Shown piece by piece: positions 50,853 to 60,417 of a stretch of DNA of 64,000 bases. Below the pieces are notes generated by a model, which worked only from the letters and a program-made list of their open reading frames with translations, searched no databases and was not told the origin of the DNA. This stretch comes from an uncultured Caldilineaceae bacterium (GTDB lineage Bacteria; Chloroflexota; Anaerolineae; Caldilineales; Caldilineaceae). The translations under genes and the position numbers were made by a program. Within the stretch, counting starts at the first letter, position 1; the number at the start of each line of letters is the position of its first letter. The stretch lies in contig CAZLMM010000024.1 of NCBI GenBank assembly GCA_964560495.1, positions 316 to 64,315 on the forward strand, in the 5' to 3' direction.

Positions 50853-51527
50853 ATGGCCCACGATCCCTACTACGATCTGATCACTCTCCCCCCCGAACCG
50901 CCTTTCGAGCCACAGCGCACTGCCCTGCTGACCATCGATCTGCAATATCTGGACGCGCATCCCAGCGGCTGGATGGGGCGACTGTGTCGCGACCAGGGCA
51001 AGCCCGACCACCTCAAAGAGCGTTTTGACTTCATCCAGGATATTTTGCCCAACGTGCGTCGCCTGCAAGACGCCTGCCGCGCCCATGGCGTCGAGGTGAT
51101 TCACATTCGTGTGGCGTATCGCACGCGCGATGGGCGCGATGGCCGCCGTGCGCTCAGCGCCGATCTGGCCACCGTCACCCACATGGAGGCGCGCGATGAT
51201 GATTTTCTGGAAGAGGTCGCGCCCATTGGCGATGAGATCGTCATCGACAAGACCAGCGCCGGCACCTTCAACTCAACCTCCATCGACCAGATTCTGCGCA
51301 ACATGAACATCAATCGTCTGTGGGTGACAGGCATTGTCACCGAGGGCTGTGTGGAGATGACCGCCCGCGACGCTGCTGATCGGGGCTTCCTGGTGACGCT
51401 GGTCAGCGACGGCTGCGCCTCATCCACCCACATCGCCCATGAAGATGCGTTGCAGCGCATGGGCGACGGCGGGTTGATCAAAGTGCGCACGGTGGATGAT
51501 CTGATCGGCCAGTTGGCCGCAGCATGA
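50853..51527 (+). CDS. isochorismatase-family cysteine hydrolase
   Basis: 224-aa ORF with D/K/C triad context: 'LLTIDLQ', 'IDKTSAG' and 'VTGIVTEGCVEMTARDA'. Confidence 0.8.
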   Translation: MAHDPYYDLITLPPEPPFEPQRTALLTIDLQYLDAHPSGWMGRLCRDQGKPDHLKERFDFIQDILPNVRRLQDACRAHGVEVIHIRVAYRTRDGRDGRRALSADLATVTHMEARDDDFLEEVAPIGDEIVIDKTSAGTFNSTSIDQILRNMNINRLWVTGIVTEGCVEMTARDAADRGFLVTLVSDGCASSTHIAHEDALQRMGDGGLIKVRTVDDLIGQLAAA

Positions 51528-51531
51528 TGCG

Positions 51532-52731
51532 ATGGAACCAATGACAACGCCAACCACGCCGCCGCTCTCGCGCAAGATTCAGTCTCTGCAAGGGGGCGCC
51601 GAGACATCCTTCACACGCATGTTGCGCCTGGCAAGCCAGACGCCCAATCTGATTTCTCTGGGCCGCGGCGATCCAGACGTGGCGACGCCGCCGCACATCG
51701 TGGAGGCCGCAGTCAAGGCCATGCAAACGCGCCATGTCAACTACACGCCGCCGCCAGGGATGCCGGCGCTGCGCGAAGCCATCGCCGACAAGCTGGCGCG
51801 AGAAAACGGCCTGCGCTATGACCCGATGAGCGAAGTCCTGGTCACCTGCGGCGCGCAGGAGGCCATTTCGGTCATCATGCAGACGCTCCTTGACCCAGGG
51901 GACGAGGTGCTGCTGCCAGACCCCTTCTACACCGCCTACGAGATGGCGATTGGCCTTGCCCATGGCAAGGTGGTGCATGTGCCCACCTACGCAGAACAGG
52001 GCTTCGAGGTGCAGCCCGCGGAGATTGCGGCGCGCATCAACGAACGTACGCGCATGATCGTATTGGTCTCGCCCAATAACCCGACCGGCGGCGTGATCTC
52101 GGCAGCCAGCCTGGAAGAAATCGCCGCGCTCGCCGTTCGCCACAACCTTATCGTTGTCTCGGATGAATTGTATGAAAAGGTGATCTTCGACGGCGCGCAG
52201 GCGCCCAGCATCGCCCGCCTGCCTGGGATGCGTGAGCGCACCATCATCATCAACGGCTTTTCCAAGACCTATTGTATGACCGGTTTTCGCGTGGGCTATC
52301 TGGCCGGGCCGGCAGCGTTGATGGCAGCCCTCTACGAGCCGCACCACATCCTTACCATCTGCGCGCCCACCGCCAGCCAACACGCAGCCCTGGCCGCCTT
52401 GGCCGGCGACCAGGGCTGCGTCGATGAGATCGTCGGCGTCTTCGCCCACCGACGCCGCGCCCTGCTCGACGGCTTGCGCAGCGTCGGCGTTCCCTTTCCC
52501 CATCCGGCAGGCGCGTTCTTTGCCTTTGGCGACATCCGTGCATCCGGCATGACCTCGGCGGATTTTGCGGTGAAGGTGTTGCAGGAGGCCGGCGTGCTGG
52601 TCTTCCCGGGGACGCAGTACGGGGCGTGCGGCGAAGGCTTTCTGCGCATCTCCTATCTCGCGCAGGTTGCGAACATCGAAGTAGCGGTGGAACGGTTGGG
52701 GCGAGTCTATCACAGCGCGCGGGGAGGGTGA
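51532..52731 (+). CDS. class I/II pyridoxal-phosphate aminotransferase
   Basis: Motifs 'SPNNPTGG', 'SDELYEK' and 'NGFSKTYCMTGFRVGY'. Close paralogue of 37697..38890 and 59165..60337. Confidence 0.85.
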   Translation: MEPMTTPTTPPLSRKIQSLQGGAETSFTRMLRLASQTPNLISLGRGDPDVATPPHIVEAAVKAMQTRHVNYTPPPGMPALREAIADKLARENGLRYDPMSEVLVTCGAQEAISVIMQTLLDPGDEVLLPDPFYTAYEMAIGLAHGKVVHVPTYAEQGFEVQPAEIAARINERTRMIVLVSPNNPTGGVISAASLEEIAALAVRHNLIVVSDELYEKVIFDGAQAPSIARLPGMRERTIIINGFSKTYCMTGFRVGYLAGPAALMAALYEPHHILTICAPTASQHAALAALAGDQGCVDEIVGVFAHRRRALLDGLRSVGVPFPHPAGAFFAFGDIRASGMTSADFAVKVLQEAGVLVFPGTQYGACGEGFLRISYLAQVANIEVAVERLGRVYHSARGG

Positions 52732-52738
52732 GACTCAC

Positions 52739-54103
52739 ATGGTCATCGACTACCTGAGACAGAATCGCCAGCAAATAATCGACGACCTGCGCCAGTTCAT
52801 GCAGCAGCCGAGCGTTGCGATCCAGAAGCTGGGCATGATGGAGTGCGCCGACCTGCTCTGCCGCCAGATGAGTGCATTTGGCATGTCCCCCCGGCTGTTG
52901 CCCACGGCCGGCTATCCGGTTGTCTACAGTCGGCTACAAGGGGAATCCGACTACACGCTGCTGATCTACGGTCACTACGACGTGCAGCCGGTTGATAACC
53001 TGTGGAGTTTTGATCCCTGGGGCGCTGTGATCGACGATGGACGCATCTATGGGCGCGGCGCAGTAGACGACAAGGGCGCAGTGATGGCTGCGTTGCAAGG
53101 CGTGCGCGCCTACCTGGCCACCAATACGCCCCTGCCCGTTTCAGTGATCTTCCTCATCGAAGGCGAGGAAGAGATCGGCAGCCCCAATCTGGCGCATTTT
53201 CTGTCTGCCCATCGAAATCTGCTGCGCGCCGATGCGCTGATCAACTTCGATGACAATGTTTGGCCCGACGGACGACCACGAGTCGTGACCGGCATCGGCG
53301 GCGGCGCGCTGATTCGTATCGAGGCGCGGCGGCCGCGCGAGTTTCACGGCATGATGGCGCCGCTCATCGAGAACGCGCTCTGGCGGTTGCAAAACGCGCT
53401 CGCAACGGTGCGTGCGCCGGACGGCGCCATCACCATCGACGACTTCTTCGAGGACGTGCGACCGCCCACTGCAGAGGAGATGGCGGCCATGGCCACGCTG
53501 CCCTGGGACGGCGCGCATTTGCTGCGCGACTCTGGCCAAACGGCCTTCGTGGGCGGCGTCAGCGGACTGGATGCCCTCACTCGGCTCTACCTGACGCCGT
53601 GCTGCAATCTCGTCGGTTGGGAGGGCGGCTATGTGCGTCCCATGCAAAAGAGCGTGGTGCCCCATTTCGCCGCCGCCGAGCTTGATTTCCGCACCGTGCC
53701 CAATCAACGGGGTGAGCGCATCGTGCAGATGTTACGCGACCACCTGGATCGGCGCGGTTTCACCGACCTCAGCGTGGAGCTCCTCGTCGAGACGGACTGG
53801 TATCGCTGCGCGCCCGATAGCCCGGCCGCGACCGCCCTGGGCAATGCTATCCGCAAGACCTTTGGTGTGGAGCCGGCGCGCCAGCCGACCTATCCGGGCT
53901 TCGGCCCTGAACCCCTCTTCGCCAAAATTCTCGGCATCGACGAGCAGGCCTACAGCGGCTTTGGCCCAACGGAGGATCGCCTGCACGCGCCGGATGAGTA
54001 CATTCGCATCGAAGACTACCTGAACGGCGCGGTCTGCACAGCAAATTTGCTGGAGGAGTATGTGAAGGTGAAACGGTCGGGCAACGGGGAGTTGAGGTCG
54101 TGA
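52739..54103 (+). CDS. M20 family dipeptidase/deacylase
   Basis: Motifs 'YGHYDVQP', 'GRGAVDDKGA' and 'EGEEEIGS'. Paralogue of 32631..34034. Confidence 0.85.
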   Translation: MVIDYLRQNRQQIIDDLRQFMQQPSVAIQKLGMMECADLLCRQMSAFGMSPRLLPTAGYPVVYSRLQGESDYTLLIYGHYDVQPVDNLWSFDPWGAVIDDGRIYGRGAVDDKGAVMAALQGVRAYLATNTPLPVSVIFLIEGEEEIGSPNLAHFLSAHRNLLRADALINFDDNVWPDGRPRVVTGIGGGALIRIEARRPREFHGMMAPLIENALWRLQNALATVRAPDGAITIDDFFEDVRPPTAEEMAAMATLPWDGAHLLRDSGQTAFVGGVSGLDALTRLYLTPCCNLVGWEGGYVRPMQKSVVPHFAAAELDFRTVPNQRGERIVQMLRDHLDRRGFTDLSVELLVETDWYRCAPDSPAATALGNAIRKTFGVEPARQPTYPGFGPEPLFAKILGIDEQAYSGFGPTEDRLHAPDEYIRIEDYLNGAVCTANLLEEYVKVKRSGNGELRS

Positions 54104-54140
54104 TGCCTTGGGGGTGGTGGGGAGCGAATCCCCATTCACC

Positions 54141-54180
54141 ATTTTCCATTGACTATTTTCCATTGATTATTTTCCACTAG
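54141..54180. repeat. about 3 x 14-nt tandem repeat ATTTTCCATTGA(C/T)T, reverse-complement relative of the GTCAATGG family
   Basis: Units at 54141..54154 and 54155..54168, plus a truncated unit at 54169..54180. The reverse complement reads agtcaatggaaaat. Confidence 0.85.
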
Positions 54181-54192
54181 AAAGACACAGCG

Positions 54193-55320
54193 ATGGCATC
54201 TCTCCTGGAACGTGACAGACGCTATGCGGCCCTGCGCGCCATGATGGAGGAGCAGGGCTACCGGGCGCTGATCCTGGCGGGCAACGCCGAAGCCATGCAG
54301 CGTGGCTATGTGCGTTATGTCTCCGACTGGCGGTTATGGGGGGGCAAAGGCTTCGCCGTCTTTCCCCTGGAAGGCGACCCGATCCTGGTGCTGGGCGCCG
54401 GCTCTCAGTCTTTCTGGGCGAAGGAGGTCGGCTGGATCAATGATGTGCGGCCCACATTGAACATGGTCGCCACAGTCGGCGATGCGTTGGCCGGCCTGGG
54501 ACTGGCGACTGAGCGTATCGGTGTGGTGGGACTGGGGCAGGTGATGGTCTATGGAGATGCGCTTGCCCTGCAAGTCGCCTTGCCTGCTGCGCAGCTGGAA
54601 GACGCCGCGCCCGCCGTCGACCAGATCATGGCGATCCGCAGCGCCGAAGAAATCGCCTTGCAGACGGAGAGTTATCGCTCCGTCGCGCTTGCCCATGAAC
54701 GGCTGGAAACTGCGCTTCGACCGGGGCGCAGCGAGCGCACGATCATGGCCGAGGCCGTGGAGCTTCTGGCCGAGCAGGGTTGCCTGGATGGCATTGCTCA
54801 CCTGACGGTGGGCGTTCGCCCGTTTTTGCGGCCGCCCACGGACCGGCTCATCAGCGCCGACGATGTGGTCAAGGTTTCGTTGGAGTTCGCCGGTCCCAGC
54901 GGCTTTTGGGTCGAGTTATCCGCGGTCTACTCGTTTCGCCGCCCGACTGCGCGCGAGTTGCACTACTTCGAGACCTGCGTCCAGGCCATCGAACGCGTCC
55001 AGGCGATGCTGCGCCCAGGCGTGGAAGGTCGCGCGGTGACGCAGACCATCGAGGCGACCTTCAGCGAAGCGGGCTGGCGCGTCAGCGGGCGCGGTCTGTG
55101 GGATGGACATCTCATTGGCCTCAATGTGATCCGCCCACCCTTCGGGCTGATGGATAACACAGACCGCTTCCAGGAAAACATGGTCTTCAACGTGCACCCT
55201 GGTCTGGTGGTGGATGACGATGGCTTTGGCATTTTTGTTCAGGACAATCTGCTTGTCACACCCACCGGCGGCAAACCGCTTGACGAGTTTGCACACCGGT
55301 GGCGCATCCTTGCCGAGTGA
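54193..55320 (+). CDS. M24-fold protein (creatinase/Xaa-Pro peptidase family)
   Basis: 375-aa ORF with an N-terminal creatinase-like domain ('YRALILAGNAEA') and a C-terminal pita-bread-like domain. The metal ligands are not clearly recognisable by eye. Confidence 0.7.
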   Translation: MASLLERDRRYAALRAMMEEQGYRALILAGNAEAMQRGYVRYVSDWRLWGGKGFAVFPLEGDPILVLGAGSQSFWAKEVGWINDVRPTLNMVATVGDALAGLGLATERIGVVGLGQVMVYGDALALQVALPAAQLEDAAPAVDQIMAIRSAEEIALQTESYRSVALAHERLETALRPGRSERTIMAEAVELLAEQGCLDGIAHLTVGVRPFLRPPTDRLISADDVVKVSLEFAGPSGFWVELSAVYSFRRPTARELHYFETCVQAIERVQAMLRPGVEGRAVTQTIEATFSEAGWRVSGRGLWDGHLIGLNVIRPPFGLMDNTDRFQENMVFNVHPGLVVDDDGFGIFVQDNLLVTPTGGKPLDEFAHRWRILAE

Positions 55321-55332
55321 GGATAGGAATCT

Positions 55333-56745
55333 ATGACTAATCAGAAATTCGTGGGCATTCAGATCAGCCCCATCAGCTTTATTGACGAAGGCGCTGACGC
55401 CGTGCTCCACGCGCTGCAAGAGCGTGTGGGCGTCAACGTGCTCATGATCGGCACGGTCTCCTGGCTGGGACTCAAAGCCGGGCGCAGCATCTCCCACAAG
55501 CTGGATGGCTGGCCCGACCACGGCGTGCCCGAACCCATCGAGATGAAAGGCGGCGCCTATTTCAACCCCCACCCGGAGTACTACGCTCATACCGCGATCA
55601 AAGAGTTCCGCGCCAGAGATGAGGCGACAGCCGGCTTCGATGTGCTGGAAGCGGTCATTCCTGCCGCCAAAACACGGGGAATGCGCGTCATGCCCGAGCT
55701 CATGGAGCCGCTCTTCAAATATGCCGGCCACGGTTCGGTGAATAACGTCGCCATTGCCAACATGCCCCAATATCTGGAGGTTGATCTCTATGGCCGCGTC
55801 GGTTCGGAGCCATGCACCAACCACCCGGATTACCGGCGCTGGTGGTGGAGCATGGTCGAGGATCAATGTCGCAGCTACGCCATCGACGGCGTCATGTGGT
55901 GCAACGAGCGGCGCAGCCCCCTGGATCAGATGGTTTCTGGCCAAGCGCCCGGTTGTTTCTGCGAGCACTGCCGTCGCGAGGCCGCGGCGCGCGGCGTCGA
56001 TGTGGAATCGGCGCGCAAGGCGTTCCTGCCGGTGTGGGAATTCTTTCAGCAGGCGCGCGCCGGCGACGCCTTCGTGGATGGCGCGCTCATCGAGTTCCTG
56101 CGCATGCTCTTTGCCAACCCGGAGATCCTCATCTGGGAGCGCTTCTGGCTGGAGCGCAACAAAGATTTGGATCGGGAGATCTACGGCCAAGTCAAGTGGT
56201 GCAATCCCGATCTGGAGTTCGGCCTCAACGTCTGGAATCGCAATCACTTCAATCTCTTTCGTAAGGCCCAGTGGCCCTGGGCCGAGCAAACGCGCTACGC
56301 CGATTGGGTCAAGCCCATCACTTACCAGCACCAGGCCGGCCAGGTCTATGTGAAAGAACTGAGCGACCTGCACAAGTCGATCTTGCGCGACTTCACGCCG
56401 CCCGAACTGACGCCCATCATGTACAAGCTGCTGGGGTTGCAGGAAGCGCCCTGGGAAAAGCTGGTTGCAACAGGCATGGACCCGGACACCTATGTTTACG
56501 GCCAGTGCGCCGATGCTGTACGCGGCGTCGGCGGGAAGATCCCGGTCTACATGGGCATTGGCGTGGACGCGCCGCGCGTGCTGCCCGAACAGGCCAGGTG
56601 CACGCCCGACATCGTTTATCGCAGTGTGCTGGCGACTTATCGCGCCGGCGGCCAGGGAGTGATCTTTGCGCCGAACTATGCCAGCATGCACCTGACGAAC
56701 CTGGACGGCGCGGCGCGCGCGTTGCGTGAGTTGGGAATTGCATAG
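55333..56745 (+). CDS. uncharacterised protein with a GH42-like Cys cluster (possible TIM-barrel hydrolase)
   Basis: 470-aa ORF with coding-like composition. Cys pattern 'EPCTNHPDY', then about 46 residues, then 'GCFCEHCRRE'. I can assign no confident family. Confidence 0.6.
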   Translation: MTNQKFVGIQISPISFIDEGADAVLHALQERVGVNVLMIGTVSWLGLKAGRSISHKLDGWPDHGVPEPIEMKGGAYFNPHPEYYAHTAIKEFRARDEATAGFDVLEAVIPAAKTRGMRVMPELMEPLFKYAGHGSVNNVAIANMPQYLEVDLYGRVGSEPCTNHPDYRRWWWSMVEDQCRSYAIDGVMWCNERRSPLDQMVSGQAPGCFCEHCRREAAARGVDVESARKAFLPVWEFFQQARAGDAFVDGALIEFLRMLFANPEILIWERFWLERNKDLDREIYGQVKWCNPDLEFGLNVWNRNHFNLFRKAQWPWAEQTRYADWVKPITYQHQAGQVYVKELSDLHKSILRDFTPPELTPIMYKLLGLQEAPWEKLVATGMDPDTYVYGQCADAVRGVGGKIPVYMGIGVDAPRVLPEQARCTPDIVYRSVLATYRAGGQGVIFAPNYASMHLTNLDGAARALRELGIA

Positions 56746-56755
56746 AACGCGAATT

Positions 56756-57703
56756 ATGAAAATCTATGTTGCCGACCCGGCCATCCGCGCCGAACAGATC
56801 GAGGCCATCCGCATTCGCCTGCCCACAGATTGGTCGCTGGTTGACGCACCTGACGGCGCAGCAGCTATCTTGACCGAGAACGTGGATGTGACGCCGGCCC
56901 TACTTGCTGCCGCGGGCGACACTCTGCGCATGGTCTTTCGCCTGGACACCGGCCACGCCGCTGTACCCGCTGGGCTGACCGCGCCTGTGGTTGACCTGCC
57001 CAATACCGCGCTGGTGGGCGTGGCCGAGCACACGGTCATGCTGATCATGGCGCTAAGCCGCCATCTGCTCGCCGTCATTCGCCAGACCAACGTCCAGCAG
57101 TGGCTGCCCGAACGCAGCCAGCCTATCCTCACCGACCAGCGGCGTTACACCTACAACTGGATCGGCCTGCGAGAGTGGGGTGTGTTGTATGGCAAAACCG
57201 TGGGGTTGGTGGGGCTGGGGCTGATCGGCCGCGCTGTGGCTGTCCGGCTGCGCGGCTTCGGCATGAAGCTGCTCTACACGCAGCGTCATCGCCTCGATCC
57301 GACCGCCGAGACGCGCCTGGGCGTGCAGTGGCGCGAGTTCGATGCGTTGCTGGCTGAGAGCGACTTCGTCAGCCTGCACCATCGTTTTCAGGAAGGGCCA
57401 GATGGCAATGACAAGCACATCGGCGCACGGGAATTGGCGCTGATGAAGCCGACCGCCTATCTGATCAACACGGCGCGCGGGCGGCTGGTGGATGAAGACA
57501 CGCTGGCAGATGCGCTGCGCCGCGGCCAGATCGCCGGCGCCGGTCTGGATGTTTTTCGCTACGAACCTTTGCCGGCCGACAGCCCGCTCTTTGCTTTGGC
57601 CGGCGACAATGTGATCCTCACGCCGCATGTGGCCGGCGCACCGTTGGCCGACGCCTGGGCGATGATCGCGCGCGAGCTGATTGAACATTTGCAACACGAA
57701 TAG
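56756..57703 (+). CDS. D-isomer-specific 2-hydroxyacid dehydrogenase
   Basis: ORF 56726..57703 trimmed to ATG 56756 ('MKIYVADP'). Motifs 'GLVGLGLIG', 'NTARGRLVDEDTL', 'GAGLDVF' and 'ILTPHVAG'. Confidence 0.85.
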   Translation: MKIYVADPAIRAEQIEAIRIRLPTDWSLVDAPDGAAAILTENVDVTPALLAAAGDTLRMVFRLDTGHAAVPAGLTAPVVDLPNTALVGVAEHTVMLIMALSRHLLAVIRQTNVQQWLPERSQPILTDQRRYTYNWIGLREWGVLYGKTVGLVGLGLIGRAVAVRLRGFGMKLLYTQRHRLDPTAETRLGVQWREFDALLAESDFVSLHHRFQEGPDGNDKHIGARELALMKPTAYLINTARGRLVDEDTLADALRRGQIAGAGLDVFRYEPLPADSPLFALAGDNVILTPHVAGAPLADAWAMIARELIEHLQHE

Positions 57704-57728
57704 GAATCGATCCGAAGCAACCAGCCAT

Positions 57729-57747
57729 GTGCGATTGGGAATCGCAC
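57729..57747 (+). terminator. hairpin of the same family, possible terminator after the 2-hydroxyacid dehydrogenase gene
   Basis: gtgcgatt ggg aatcgcac followed by ctacggttttcgc. Lies 26 nt after the stop codon at 57703. Confidence 0.45.
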
Positions 57748-57779
57748 CTACGGTTTTCGCACTTTGATCATTCATTTAT

Positions 57780-57893
57780 GTATCTTCTCAATGACTGGTG
57801 GTGCGGGCATGAGGTGGGGCGGAACAACCTGTTCATAGTGAGCGGTGATTGCCTTCCGCCCTATCTCACGCCTCCCACTTATTGAGAAGATAC
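57780..57893 (+). other. nested inverted repeats in the leader of the amidohydrolase gene (candidate structured RNA or tiny MITE)
   Basis: Outer arms gtatcttctcaat (57780..57792) and attgagaagatac (57881..57893) are perfect 13-mers. Inner arms tgaggtggggcgg (57810..57822) and ccgccctatctca (57856..57868) match at 11 of 13 positions. Confidence 0.6.
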
Positions 57894-57923
57894 TCATTCA
57901 TCATCTCAAGGAGACGTCACACT

Positions 57924-59150
57924 ATGCCCGAACCACCTGCCTGGCACTATCAGAAGATCATCAAGCCCATGTTCGACGCACCCAAAGAACAGCGCATCCT
58001 GCGGGGGCGCGTGCTCACCTGTGTGGGTGACGAAGTGTTCGAGGACGGTTTTGTCGAGTTCGCCGACGGCAAGATCGTTGCCGTTGGCCCGGCCAGCGAG
58101 CTGGGCGAGCGGGCAGCCCAGGCTGTCAACACCGGCGGCGCAATCCTGCCGGGGCTGTTCAACAGCCACGCCCACCTGGCCTGGGATGGCATCCATGACC
58201 TGGCGCGCCAATCCATGGACGATGCGCCGGAGATCAGCGCGTACAAGAGCGCGGGCAATATGCTCATCTCCTTGCGTTCCGGCGTCACTACTGTGCGCGA
58301 CCTGGGCATGAACAAGACCAATTTTTTTGCCAAACAAGCGGTGGCCCAGGGCATCTTCCCCGGCCCGCGGCTGCTCATCTGCGGCGAGGCCATCATCCAG
58401 ACAGGCGGCCACACCTATTGGTGCTGCCGCGAGGCCAGCGGCGCAGACGAGATGCGTCGCGCCGTGCGCGAACAGGTGCGGGGCGGCGCCGACCTGATCA
58501 AGATCATGGCTTGTCACGACACCCTGGAATTCACCGACGAAGAGCTGGATGCGGTCATCGACGAGAGCCATCGCAACGGCCTGCCCATCACCGCTCACGC
58601 CACCTACAATGCCTGCATCGAGCGCGTGGCGCGCTTCGGCGTAGACTGCGTGGAGCATGGCGGCAGCATGAGCGACAGCACGATCCAGCTCTTGCTCGAC
58701 AAGAACATCCCCATCGTCACCACCTTTGCGCCCCTGGTCATGCAGAGCAAGCCCGAGCTGGCGCGCCAGTTCAACGTACCCGAATGGAAGATCGCCGAAC
58801 GGCAAAAGGCTGTGGGCGACCCCAGCCGTTATCAAGGGCTGATCAACGCAGCCAAAGCCGGCGTGACCATCGGCTTTGGCACCGACGCCGGCAGCCCAGT
58901 GGTCGGCCATGATGTGATTGCGCCCGAGATGGAATTCATGGTGCGACTGGGGGTGAAACGCGACAACTACGACGCCATTCGCAGCGCAACCAGCGTTGCG
59001 GCCAGGATCAACCGGCTGGAAAAGAAGTTGGGAACGCTGGAGGTTGGCAAACTGGCCGATGTCATCGTGGTCGAGGGCAACCCACTGGAGGAGATCGACG
59101 CCCTCAGCCGGGTGACGATGACTTTTCTCGAAGGTAAACGCATGGTATAG
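57924..59150 (+). CDS. amidohydrolase family metallo-hydrolase
   Basis: ORF 57849..59150 trimmed to ATG 57924 behind AAGGAG. HxH motif 'NSHAHLAWDG', plus 'ITAHA' and 'GTDAG'. Confidence 0.8.
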   Translation: MPEPPAWHYQKIIKPMFDAPKEQRILRGRVLTCVGDEVFEDGFVEFADGKIVAVGPASELGERAAQAVNTGGAILPGLFNSHAHLAWDGIHDLARQSMDDAPEISAYKSAGNMLISLRSGVTTVRDLGMNKTNFFAKQAVAQGIFPGPRLLICGEAIIQTGGHTYWCCREASGADEMRRAVREQVRGGADLIKIMACHDTLEFTDEELDAVIDESHRNGLPITAHATYNACIERVARFGVDCVEHGGSMSDSTIQLLLDKNIPIVTTFAPLVMQSKPELARQFNVPEWKIAERQKAVGDPSRYQGLINAAKAGVTIGFGTDAGSPVVGHDVIAPEMEFMVRLGVKRDNYDAIRSATSVAARINRLEKKLGTLEVGKLADVIVVEGNPLEEIDALSRVTMTFLEGKRMV

Positions 59151-59164
59151 ACGGGAGCGCCATC

Positions 59165-60337
59165 ATGAACAATTCGCCTCTGATGCAGGCGCTGGCCGGG
59201 CGCATGGTGGAGGAGGATGTTTCTTTTCGCACCAGGATGTTGGAGACCGCCGCCAGCCTGCGCGACGTGATCGCGCTGGGGCGCGGCGACCCGGATTTTC
59301 ATACGCCCCGGCATATTGTCGAGGCGGCCAAGCGCGCCATCGACCAGAATCAGCACCACTACACCCATCCCGCCGGCCTGCCCCAGCTGCGCGCAGCTAT
59401 CGCCGACGCCCTGTGTCGCGAGAACAATCTGGACTATCGCGCCGACGAGATCATCGTGACCGCGGGCGTGCAAGAGTCCATCATGTTGTGTATGTTGGCC
59501 CTGGTCAATCCGGGCGATGAAGTGTTGATCACGTCGCCGCGCTTCACCACCTATGACCAGGCAGTGGTCATGTGCGGCGGCAAGCCCGTCCCCGCGCCCA
59601 CCTTCGAGGAGCACGATTTTGCCCTCATGCCAGAAGAAATCGAGGCGCGCATCACGCCGGCCAGCAAAGCGCTGGTGCTGGTGACGCCCAACAACCCCAC
59701 CGGCGCAGTGACGCCGCCGGCGGTCATCCGCCAGATCGCCGACTTGGTCGTGCGTCACAATCTCGTGTTGATCAGCGACGAGATCTACTCGAAGCTCATC
59801 TATGAAGGCTCCGAGCATCTCTCGGTCGCTTCGCTGGCTGGCATGAAGGAGCGCGTCATCACGCTCAACGGCTTCTCCAAGTCCTACGCCATGACCGGTT
59901 GGCGCGTCGGCTATCTGGCTGCGCCGGGCGAGTTCATCCAGCGGCTGATCGAACCGCGCCACACCCTGAGCATCAACACTAATACGCCTGCCCAATATGC
60001 GGCGCTGGCTGCGCTCACCGGCCCGCAGGATGTAGTGGAGGCCATGCGCGAGCAGTACGGCGAGCGTCGCGCCTATCTAATGAAGGCGCTCAAGGAGATG
60101 GGCTTCACCTATGGTCATCCGGGCGGCGCGTTTTACATCTACACCAACGTGGCGAGCACGGGAATGCCGTCGCCGCAGTTCTGCGAGGAGCTGTTGCGCC
60201 GGGCGCAGGTGATGATCTTCCCGGGCAGCATGTTTGGCGACGACTCGGATCGGTATGTGCGCATCAGCTACTTGCAGCCCATCGAGCGCATCGAGCAGGC
60301 AGTCGAGCGTATACAGCGATTCATGGAAAGCCTATAG
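59165..60337 (+). CDS. class I/II pyridoxal-phosphate aminotransferase
   Basis: Motifs 'TPNNPTGA', 'SDEIYSK' and 'NGFSKSYAMTGWRVGY'. Confidence 0.85.
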   Translation: MNNSPLMQALAGRMVEEDVSFRTRMLETAASLRDVIALGRGDPDFHTPRHIVEAAKRAIDQNQHHYTHPAGLPQLRAAIADALCRENNLDYRADEIIVTAGVQESIMLCMLALVNPGDEVLITSPRFTTYDQAVVMCGGKPVPAPTFEEHDFALMPEEIEARITPASKALVLVTPNNPTGAVTPPAVIRQIADLVVRHNLVLISDEIYSKLIYEGSEHLSVASLAGMKERVITLNGFSKSYAMTGWRVGYLAAPGEFIQRLIEPRHTLSINTNTPAQYAALAALTGPQDVVEAMREQYGERRAYLMKALKEMGFTYGHPGGAFYIYTNVASTGMPSPQFCEELLRRAQVMIFPGSMFGDDSDRYVRISYLQPIERIEQAVERIQRFMESL

Positions 60338-60392
60338 ACAGGATGGCAGGATGGACAGGAAAAGTTGATCCTGCAAATCCTGTCATCCTGTC
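60337..60392 (+). other. imperfect long hairpin built from GNCAGGAT units after the aminotransferase gene
   Basis: gacaggatggcaggatggacagga, then aaagtt, then gatcctgcaaatcctgtcatcctgtc. The outer 9 bp gacaggatg/catcctgtc are perfect. Confidence 0.7.
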
Positions 60393-60417
60393 CAATCACT
60401 GACTACCGGTGAACTCA

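Noticed and set aside
54916-56691. 591-aa minus-strand ORF opposite the M24 gene and the GH42-like Cys-cluster gene
   Set aside because: It is antisense and has His/Arg/Gly/Ala/Val/Asp-rich shadow composition. The plus-strand frame has balanced composition (W, Y, F, K, N, E) and fits operon spacing.
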